Shown here in pieces: positions 1 to 7,365 of a stretch of 9,061 nucleotides of DNA (the first letter of the stretch is position 1; every line of letters starts with the position of its first letter). Origin of the DNA: Octopus sinensis (lineage: Eukaryota). Under the pieces are notes generated by a model that did not search any database, was not told the origin of the DNA, and worked only from the letters and a program-made list of their open reading frames with translations. The stretch is from contig NW_021828111.1 of NCBI RefSeq assembly GCF_006345805.1, forward strand, positions 1 to 9,061. Direction: 5' to 3'. A program made the position numbers and the translations under genes.

Positions 1-129
1 GGTGCTTTTTTAATCGATCCCGAAAGAGGAAGGCAAACTCGACCTCAGCAGAATTAGAACTCAGAACGTAGCGGCAGACGAAATACCGCTAAGCATTTCG
101 CCCGGCGTGCTAACGTTTCTGCCAGCTCG
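1..129 (-). mobile_element. tRNA-derived SINE family 1, 5' head and core, cut by the window edge
   Basis: Reverse complement reads gagctggcagaaacgttagcacgccgggcgaaatgcttagcggtatttcgtctgccgctacgttctgagttctaattc. It has an A-box-like TGGCAGAAACG and a B-box-like GAGTTC(T/A)AATTC, and matches the other copies in the window. Confidence 0.9.
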
Positions 130-134
130 TCGGT

Positions 135-680
135 TTTTACGCTCTAAGTTCTAATTCTGCCGAGGTCGACTTTGCCCTTCATCCTTTCGGGATCGATGAA
201 ATAAATACCAGTTGATGCTGGGGTCGATCTAATCGACTTAATACCTATGTCTGTCCCCTCTGTGTTTAGCCCCTTGTGGGTAGTAAAGAAATAGGCATTT
301 CGTCTGCCGCTACGTTCTGAGTTCAAATTCCGCCGAGGTCGACTTTGCCTTTCATGCTTTCAGGGGCGATTAAATAAGTACCATTTACGCACTGGGGTCC
401 ATATAATCGACTTAATACGCTTGTCTGTCCTTGTTTGTCCCCTCCATGTTTAGCCCCTTGTGGTCAATAAAGAAATAAGAAACGTTAGCACGCCGGGCGA
501 AATGCTTAGCGGTATTTCGTCTGCCGTTACGTTCTGAGTTCAAATTCCGCCGAGGTCGACTTTGCTCTTCATCCTTTCGGGATCAATGCAATAAATACCA
601 GTTGAGTGCTGGGGTCGACCTAATCGACTTAGCTCCTTCCCCGAAATTTCTAGCCTTGTGCCAAAATTTGAAACGAATAT
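135..680 (+). mobile_element. Tandem trimer of SINE family 1: two tail-A units (~135-298, ~299-480) and a terminal tail-B unit (~481-680)
   Basis: The core gaggtcgactttgc..ttcat.ctttc.ggg..gat occurs three times. The first two units end in gtttagccccttgtgg..a.taaagaaata; the third ends in ccccgaaatttctagccttgtgcc. The core resembles the Meta/MESC-type SINE domain (from memory, needs alignment). Confidence 0.9.
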
Positions 681-726
681 AATTAATTTGTCTTCGTCCT
701 GTATCAAAGTTCATATAGATATATGA

Positions 727-907
727 AGGGGCTAAACATAGAGGGAACAAACAAGGACAGGGATTGACCCCAGTGCGAAACTGGTACTTTATTTATCGAC
801 CCCGAAAGGATGAAAGGCAAAGTTGACCTCGGCGGAATTTGCACTCAGAACGTAACGACAGACGAAATACGCTAAGCATTTCGCCCGGCGCGCTAACGTG
901 TGCCAGC

Positions 908-910
<3 letters not shown>
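727..910 (-). mobile_element. SINE family 1 monomer with truncated tail A
   Basis: Reverse complement runs from the head cgagctggcaca.gttagcgcgccgggcgaaatgcttagc through the core to tgtccttgtttgttccctctatgtttagcccc. Confidence 0.9.
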
Positions 911-980
<70 letters not shown>

Positions 981-1002
981 ACGGGCTTCTTTCAGTTCCG
1001 TT
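911..1002 (-). mobile_element. SINE family 2 internal fragment with its (TA)n/(CA)n microsatellite
   Basis: cgacgggcttctttcagttccg (979-1000) matches the segment next to the internal microsatellite in the full copies at 1847-2306, 4488-4885 and 8144-8556. The (AT)n run spans 911-971. Confidence 0.8.
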
Positions 1003-1084
1003 TTTCAAGGAAGGGACCAAGAAGCAAAAACTATCTTCTTTGACCTGGCGAGTGAATAATGGCCTTTGAGACGGTAGTGTTTTA

Positions 1085-1255
1085 ACACTGAGAGCCGTCA
1101 TGGCCAGGTGTTCAGTTCGATATTAGTGGCCAACCATGCCGATCCTGAGTTGAGCTAAAATATTAGAGAAATGTGAATTGTGACCATGAGCTTCTTTGGT
1201 TTTGTATTCACGCCGACAGATATTTTGAGAGACACATGAAAGCAAGGCACAATCA
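1085..1255 (+). pseudogene. Possible Ty3/Gypsy-like reverse transcriptase remnant
   Basis: Frameshifted translation TLRAVMARC...ILEKCE / VTMSFFGFVFTPTDILRD resembles the post-YxDD Gypsy RT segment (LRAVLERC...LNxEKCEF...FFGFVFS..GI.PD). No intact YxDD is seen, the spacing is imperfect, and stops are present. Confidence 0.3.
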
Positions 1256-1312
1256 AGACTATCTCCTTGAACGTACCTTACTTTAATTGTTGGTAATTCA
1301 GGACTTTGTCAC

Positions 1313-1563
1313 TGTATGTCCTTGCTTGTCCCCTCTGTGTTTAGCCCCTTGTGGGTAGTAAAGAAATAAGTATTTTGCCTGCCGTTACGTTCTGAGTTCA
1401 AACTCCGCCGAGGTCGACTTTGCCTTTTATGCTTTCAGGGATGATTAAATAAGTACCATTTACGCACTGGGGTCGATATAATCGACTTAATACGCTTGTC
1501 TGTCCTTGTTTGTCCCCTCCATGTTTAGCCCCTTGTGGGCAATAAAGAAATAAGAAACGTTAG
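1313..1563 (+). mobile_element. Partial tandem array of SINE family 1: tail A, a full internal unit, and the start of the next head
   Basis: Near copy of ~245-488, with the same junctions (aaagaaata.g.attt..ctgccg and aataaagaaataagaaacgttag). Confidence 0.9.
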
Positions 1564-1846
1564 TTCCAAGTAACTTTTAAGCATCTTCAGTATGGAATTC
1601 TTCATAGTCACCCAAGTGACTTGGGAACCTCTTCAGGAGTTCTGGATAGACACTCTTTTCCTAGTGCTGTTGTATCAGCAGTCTGATTTTGTCTTAGAGA
1701 GGAATTCACTGATTTCTGCTACGTTTGGGTAGGAACCACACATTGTCGATGTCTCTGGTTCCCAAATCATTCTTCACCTGCAGAAATTCCACCTGCCAAT
1801 CTTTATAAAAATGTTTCAAACGAAAATTAAAAAAAAAGTTCATATA

Positions 1847-2001
1847 GGCGCAGGAGTGGCTGTGTGGTAAGTAGCTTGCTTACATGGTTCTGGGTTCGGT
1901 CCCACTGCGTGGAACCTTAGGCAAGTGTCTTCTACTATTACCTCGGGCCGACCAAAGCCTTGTGAGTGAATTGGTAGCCGGAAACTGAAAGAAGCCCGTC
2001 G

Positions 2002-2059
<58 letters not shown>

Positions 2060-2306
2060 GTATGTGTGTGTGTGTGTGTGTGTGCGTGTGTATGTTTGTG
2101 TGTCTGAATTTGTTTCCCCCACCATCGCTTGACAACCGATGCTGGTGTGTTTACGTCTCCGTAACTTAGCGGTTCGGCAAAAGAGACGGATAGAATAAGT
2201 ACTAAGCTTAGAAAGAATAAGTCCTGGGGTTGATTTGCTCAACCAAAGGCGGTGCTCTAGCACGGCCGCAGTCAAATGACTGAAACAAATAAAAGGATAA
2301 AAGAAT
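1847..2306 (+). mobile_element. tRNA-derived SINE family 2 (CORE-like; probably one of the octopus OK/OR1/OR2 families), full length
   Basis: Head ggcgcaggagtggctgtgtggtaag carries an A-box-like tggctgtgtgg and a B-box-like ggttcggtccc. It also has a CORE-like ccttaggcaagtgtcttc, an internal (TA)n(TG)n at ~2003-2104, and a 3' end gcagtcaaatgactgaaacaaataaaaggataaaag. Two more full copies lie in the window. Confidence 0.9.
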
Positions 2307-2317
2307 TAAAAATTAAA

Positions 2318-2750
2318 AATTCATGAAAATATCACGAGAATTCACTGCTAGTCTCCTAAATATTGCTTAATTTCATTTGAGAAAAAAGAAATTTTGGAAA
2401 ATTTTAGGCTGGACGCTCTGCCACAAAAATTAATGACAATTTCTCAAACATCTTTTGTTGCTAATCTTTCTTTTCCAATTTTCCAGGTTGCTAACGAATG
2501 CTTTAAAAGAATCAATGAATTTTACGATGTTTATGTTCCTCCATTGCTTCTGGAGACCCAGTTTATTCAACTGCGAAAAAACATTCACCAAATAGGCCTG
2601 GGCCTGGTTTATAATCTGTTCCTTGTCAATCAGCCAGGCAAATATACTCACCATACCGTGAACTTTAGAATAAATAATTTAGGTTCTTCTTCAGTTAGAT
2701 AACCTCTGAAAAGCATCAAACCGGTGAAACGAAAGCGAATTGTCACGGTA
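2318..2750 (-). pseudogene. Degenerate hAT (Charlie/ZBED5/FAM200-like) transposase, C-terminal catalytic-region fragment
   Basis: QAYLVNVFSQLNKLGLQKQWRNINIVKFIDSFKAFVSNLENWKRKI matches the family pattern LAYLxDIFxxLNxLNLxLQGxxxNIxxxxDxIxAFxxKLxLWKxxI. After frameshifts it continues MFEKL...EFS*YF (EFSRYF-like). An upstream segment IRFRFTGLMLFRGYLTEEEPKLF weakly resembles VRWLSRGKVLxRFxELREEIKLF. Confidence 0.8.
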
Positions 2751-3261
2751 TTTGTAACAATAAATAACAATATGAAAGGTTGCACCTTACGAATTCCTCC
2801 TTTGACATTAATTATTTAAAAATAAATTGAACGATAATCTTCCCTTAGAGGAACTGGAAGTGTTTCTGAATCCAGTTTCTCATAACGGGTCATCCAATAA
2901 ATGCCGTTGTTTCTTTGAGCTTACGTTTTCACAGAATCGTGAAATCTGGAATTTGTACCCATCTGCACGATACCATAAGACATTGCACATCACAAAAGAC
3001 ATTCTCTTTACAGGATACCTGAGATCTTGGAAGTTGTTTCAGGGATAGGAAAAAAAGATAGAAGCCTCTCTTTAAATGAACCAGAAGGAACATATGTGTA
3101 ACGGTAAAAAATTGATTTGGTACACAATAAGATTTGTCGAAGACGATAATGGTTTCGTAGTAATTGCGGAGGCAGATAGAATGATGTAATAGAACAGAAT
3201 TGGAGCTAGTGAGAGTGAGAGAGTGTGGGGCGTTGTCTTTCTTTTTCCCTCTGGCCGTTTT

Positions 3262-3369
3262 GTCTTTTCTGGATTGGTTTGTTTCTTGGAGTCCTTCTGG
3301 CCTCAAGCTTAAAGTCACTGATGATTAGCCTATGCTGAGGGATACATTCTTCACCCGGGAGGGTCTTTA
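3262..3369 (-). pseudogene. RTE-clade LINE ORF fragment (end of the APE endonuclease)
   Basis: Translation IKTLPGEECIPQHRLIISDFKLEARRTPRNKPIQKR matches the RTE pattern PGEECxxQHRLLVxD. Confidence 0.75.
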
Positions 3370-3434
3370 TATATATATATACATATTTGTTTTAATCCCT
3401 TTTTTCCTCTTATACACACACATATATATATATA

Positions 3435-3795
3435 CAGAGTGCGGTGAATAAACTGGTATCTAAATTACACAAAATCTCCTGCAACTCTTCTGAATGGCCT
3501 CCTTGTTTAAGTTGGTGACTGCTGCCATAATCCTGGCCTTCAATTGATCTTTGGTGTTACAAGGAGTTTTGCTTATCTCTCACTAAACTGTGCCCTACAC
3601 ATAATAATCAAGGGGATTGCGGTCTGGGGAGTTAGGTGGCCAGATGTTAGGGGTATTGTGGTCACAAAATTGTCTGACAGCCATGACTGGGTTCTGTTGC
3701 TTGTGTGGTATGATGCAGAGTCCTGTTACTATACATAGGGTCTTCCAACAGCCACCCTCTTGATCCAGAACAGCACTACCTCTTCCATGCACTAG
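3435..3795 (-). mobile_element. Tc1/mariner DD37D (maT) transposon 3' fragment with one terminal inverted repeat
   Basis: Translation CMEEVVLFWIKRVAVGRPYV**QDSASYHTSNRTQSWLSDNF/CDHNTPNIWPPNSPDRNPLDYYV*GTV...KDQLKARIMAAVTNLNKEAIQKSCRRF. There are 37 residues between the QDSA and NPLD aspartates after correcting one frameshift. The end reads TA|cagagtgcggtgaataaactgg at 3433-3456. Confidence 0.88.
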
Positions 3796-3799
3796 TGGT

Positions 3800-5525
3800 C
3801 GGTTAACCAATTGATGTTAGCTCTCTCAACTCACGAGTTGTCACCGACTGTGACTAACTGATTTTTGCTTGGGGTGTGCTTGCTTTTATAACTATCCAGA
3901 AGTCTATATATATCATTGAGAACAATAGATTTAGTTGGTGGTCTTGTTATCTCTATTCTAGCTTTTGGCGAAGTAGAAGAGGTTTGAAAGGGTCAAGTAG
4001 TGAAGACATTATTTCGGCTAAGCTAAAGGTATCTGGAAAATGTAAACACTGCTGTCAGAGAAAAACCATTGTTCCACCATGGGAACAGTTCTGTTGCAGC
4101 ATTAATTTAAATTTGGCTATGGTGGATCGAATCCCCTTCGTGCTTGCAAGATTCACTACACATGCAAACATCAGCAACAGGAAACTCAACACCATCAATA
4201 ACAGCTGTATTGAAAATGAACCAATCATTGAAGACTTGATCCTTGATGTGGGTGGTCATGTTACTGTTACTCCAGAGTGTGACTTTAAACTGTATCTGAT
4301 AATGGGGCCTTGGCGGTGGTGGTGGGGTTTCTAGGGTTTTGTGGAGTGTGGAACCACATCTTAGCCATTGCTGTTCCCAAATCTACTCTGACCATATCAG
4401 GGCTTGCCTATCTTTGCTTGCAAAGACTGGACCCGGCGGACTCTGCAAAAGAAACTTTCAGTGAAAGGGAAGGTGGCTGTAGTAATGCTCTTTACTCTTT
4501 TACTTGTTTCAGTCATTTGACTGCGGCCAGGCTGGAGCACTGCCTTCAGTTGAGCAAATCGACCCTGAGACTTATTCTTTGTAAGCCCAGTACTTATTCT
4601 ATCGGTCTCTTTTGCCGAACCGCTAAGTGACGGGGACGTAAACACACCAGCATCGGTTGTCAAGCAATGCTAGGGGGACAAACATAGACACACACATACA
4701 TATATATATATCTACATATATACGACAGGCTTCTTTCAGTTTCCGTCTACCAAATCTACTCACAAGGCATTGGTCGGCCTGGGGCTATAGCAGAAGACAC
4801 TTGCCCAAGATGCCACGCAGTGGGACTGAACCCGGAACCATGTGGCTGGTAAGCAAGCTACTTACCACACAGCCACTCCTGCGCCTATTGAGGAATGCAA
4901 AGAGCAAGATGAAACAAGACACCTTGGTCATTAACTGCATCCATCTTCATCCTCAGACGTCTTGACCCGGTCCTGCCACTGGACTGAAGATGGTCACAAA
5001 TGAGTGATGTTCGTGGTGTGTAGCCCTTCTTCACTTTATACAAAGTCACTGCACAAGTCATTATTCACCCTTAAGGATAACTTGACAGTCCTTGTCACTC
5101 CAACGGACGAACATATTACTGACCCTCCTTTGTTTTTCTTCAACCCATTTCCCATTGAATATTTCTGATGGTTCGAAGGCACAAGGTGTGATCAAAGATT
5201 CCCCAATCGTAGACATTTCCCCCTGCTTCACTACACCTGGTTCTATGTCACAAGAAACTTTGATCTTTTGGTTTATTTCTTGGAATTCTCCTGTGAAATC
5301 CAGCTTCATTTTCTTGAGACCATTCCCATGATTACGAAGGATTACAGTCTGGATAGGTGGCGCTGCGAGATGATTTAGGTGTATTTACACCATTTGTCTA
5401 CAGCGAGAAATATTTTCTCCGTGACAAAACACAATGAATGGTTTGTTTATGAGTTCGAACCTGCCACTGGGATATTCAAACTGGTAAAAGCATTGCCTTC
5501 CGATGAAGTTCAAAAGAATCTTCAT
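3800..5525 (-). pseudogene. Unidentified degenerate coding-like sequence (~1.3 kb excluding the SINE at 4488-4885)
   Basis: Long minus-strand frames with few stops: MKILLNFIGRQCFYQFEYPSGRFEL...*IHLNHLAAPPIQTVILRNHGNGLKKMKLDFTGEFQ...VILKGE; MTCAVTLYKVKKGYTPRTSLICDH...; and ...YQIQFKVTLWSNSNMTTHIKDQVFNDWFIFNTAVIDGVEFPVADVCMCSESCKHEG...SIVLNDIYRLLDSYKSKH. GNT-type codons are common. No family recognised. Confidence 0.45.
4488..4885 (-). mobile_element. SINE family 2, full length
   Basis: Colinear reverse complement of 1847-2306 with a short internal (CA)(TA) tract. The tail is (ctcttta)-type. A possible diverged target-site duplication is tgtagtaatgc / ttgaggaatgc. Confidence 0.92.
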
Positions 5526-5540
5526 CTCTCATCCTTCCTT

Positions 5541-5633
5541 GCATTGGAGATGAAGATGTTGCTTTAATTTAGTTTCATAGAATCATTCAACAACATTTTT
5601 CTCACAAACAATACATCAAGGCCGTTCTTCTGG
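5541..5633 (-). pseudogene. hAT (Charlie/ZBED5-like) transposase N-terminal BED-finger fragment
   Basis: With two compensating frameshifts it reads PEERP*CIVCEK/MLLNDSMK/TKLKQHL, matching the family motif EERPQCVICxxVLxNESMKPSKLKRHL. Confidence 0.72.
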
Positions 5634-5640
5634 TGGTGAC

Positions 5641-6230
5641 TGATGTTGATAATGTTCGTTTCTGCTCTAGGCACAAGGCCTGGAATTTTGGGGAAAGTGG
5701 CCAGTCGATTAGATCTTCCCCAGTACGCATCTTGTACTTAATTTATCGACCCCAAAAGGATGAAAGGATGAAAGTTGACCTCGGTGGAATTTGAAATCAG
5801 AACGTAAAGACAGACGAAATACCTATTTCTTTGCTACCACAAGGGGCTAAACACAGAGAGGACAAACGACAGATTAACGGATTAAGTTGATTATATCGAC
5901 CCCAGTGCGTAACTGGTACTTATTTAATCGACCCTGAAAGGATGAAAGGCAAAGTCGACCTCGGCAGAATTTGAACTCAGAACGTAAAGACAGACGAAAT
6001 ACCTATTTCTTTGCTACCCACAAGGGGCTAAACACAGAGAGGAAAAAAAGGACAGACAAATGGATTAAGTCGATTATATCGACCCCAGTGCGTAACTGGT
6101 ACTTATTTAATCGACCCCGAAAGGATGAAAGGCAAAGTCGACCTCGGCGGAATTTGAACTCAGAACGTAGCGGCAGACGAAACACCGCTAAGCATTCCGC
6201 CCAGCATGCTAATGATTCTGCCAGCTCGCC
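5641..6230 (-). mobile_element. Tandem trimer of SINE family 1: head, two tail-A units and a terminal tail-B unit
   Basis: The head ggcgagctggcagaatcattagc starts at 6230. The landmark cagacgaaa occurs at 6174, 5991 and 5811 (periods 183 and 180 bp). The last unit ends ccccaaaattccaggccttgtgcctagagcagaaacg. Confidence 0.92.
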
Positions 6231-6344
6231 ACCAAATTGATCAATATTGATTACACAAAGCTCTGTGTTCTACACTTTGCACCTCTTGAGGGATTCAAAT
6301 TCTGGAAAATAAAACCAAACTACAATTCTACAAGATTATGGAAA

Positions 6345-6714
6345 TTGTTGCTGTGATACCAGTGCCGGTGGCACGTAAGCGAACCATCCGAACGTTGCTG
6401 TTGCCAGCGCCGCTCCGACGGGCCTCCATGCCAGTGGCACGTAAAAAGCACTGTCCGATCGTGGCCGTTGCCAGCCTCGCCTGGCCCGTAAAAAGCACCA
6501 TCTACTGTGGCCGTTTGCCAGCCCCTTCTGGCACCTGTGCCGGTGGCACGTAAAAAGCACCCACTACACTCACGGAGTGGTTGGCATTAGGAAGGGCATC
6601 CAGGCATAGAAACATTGCCAGATCAGACTGGGCCTGGTGCAGCCTTCTGGCTTCCCAGACCCCAGTTGAACCGTCCAACCCATGGAAAGCGGACGCTAAA
6701 TGATGATGATGATG
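6345..6714 (+). mobile_element. RTE-type LINE 3' UTR or RTE-mobilised element with internal ~55-65-bp degenerate tandem repeats
   Basis: The motif (gg)cacgtaaaaagcac occurs four times (~6370, 6436, partial at 6486, 6545). It is followed by ggagtggttggcattaggaagggcatccag...gtccaacccatggaaagcggacgctaaa and a (TGA)n tail typical of RTE 3' ends. Confidence 0.65.
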
Positions 6715-6779
6715 TATATAATTAAGAATGCAGTTAATTAACTGAGTCGTTTGAGCATCAGATAGACTGCTTTGTGGTA

Positions 6780-6832
6780 ATCATTCCCGGCTTCCTGCGT
6801 TCTGAGTGTTCAAATCCTGCCAAAGTCAACTC
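6780..6832 (+). mobile_element. Highly degenerate SINE family 1 B-box/core fragment
   Basis: gcgttctgagtgttcaaatcctgccaaagtcaact resembles acgttctgagttcaaattccgccgaggtcgact. Confidence 0.55.
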
Positions 6833-6836
6833 CTGG

Positions 6837-6855
6837 CCTCCTCCTCCTCCTCCTC

Positions 6856-6905
<50 letters not shown>

Positions 6906-6990
6906 GCTAACGCCTCTGCCAGCTTGCTGTCTTACTACTACTACTACCACTAATAATAATGATAACGACAACAACAACAACAGCAATAAT
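6837..6990. repeat. Compound trinucleotide microsatellite (CCT)(CAT)..(CTA)(TAA)(CAA) containing a ~22-bp minus-strand SINE head remnant (6906-6927)
   Basis: Read directly from the sequence. gctaacgcctctgccagcttgc matches the family 1 head reverse complement gctaacg.ttctgccagctcgc. Confidence 0.9.
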
Positions 6991-7365
6991 TTCTTTTATT
7001 GGCCACCAGGGCCCAAGTCATTGGAGACAGCAAAAGGATGTAATACAAAAAAAAAAACAGGGGATCTTACGTAGATTAAAAGAAAAAAGGCGGGGAAATA
7101 ACAATAAGGGTCATTATATTATGAACAAAAAGATATTTTGCTTCCAATCACAAGAAACTGTCTGTATCAAACCATCACCATTGGATGCAATCACTGTTCT
7201 TTTTTTTAGTGCTTCAATGGAGTGGAACCAAATAACATCTTCTGCGGGTGGCACATGGTGTCAGGTGATGTGATGGTCATCATTCTTGTCATGTGTCTTC
7301 ATCTTCTTCTTCAGCTGTGCAAAGAGACCAATAATTAATATCAATAAACAATATATATATATATA

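Noticed and set aside
144-326. Short ORFs MNSERS/K.. in SINE arrays (also 5971-6240, 6003-6185)
   Set aside because: They recur only because the SINE unit recurs; there is no sign of coding constraint.
135-680. CRISPR-like repeat array (also considered for 5641-6230 and 7419-7825)
   Set aside because: Units are 100-220 bp with no unique spacers and no cas genes, and the context is eukaryotic SINE/Helitron sequence.
793-1101. ORFs with YIYI/THTH runs (also 839-1069, 1880-2275, 1938-2135, 4657-4965, 8315-8635, 8325-8603)
   Set aside because: They are translations of microsatellites and SINE sequence; these repeats lack stop codons.
1847-1925. tRNA genes at the SINE heads
   Set aside because: A/B-box-like motifs are present, but there is no complete cloverleaf and each head continues into a SINE body.
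2827-3190. Plus-strand frame (73-aa ORF and continuation ...WYTIRFVEDDNGFVVIAEADRMM) and the overlapping 129-aa minus ORF
   Set aside because: No motif is recognised and stops interrupt the frame. The minus ORF starts out of frame inside the RTE fragment. Worth a BLAST but not supportable as a feature.
3876-4334. 152-aa plus-strand ORF as a standalone gene
   Set aside because: It starts at GTG, has no recognisable domain, and is the codon-aligned antisense of a more protein-like minus frame. It is kept only as part of the unknown-ORF finding.
6336-6560. Overlapping ORFs on both strands
   Set aside because: They result from the GC-rich tandem repeat in the RTE-type 3' UTR.
7130-7330. Possible minus-strand exon after a ttttgcacag acceptor-like site, and the 104-aa plus ORF 6959-7273
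   Set aside because: Frames after the acceptor stop within 20 codons and there is no homology evidence. The plus ORF begins in a microsatellite and crosses poly-A runs.
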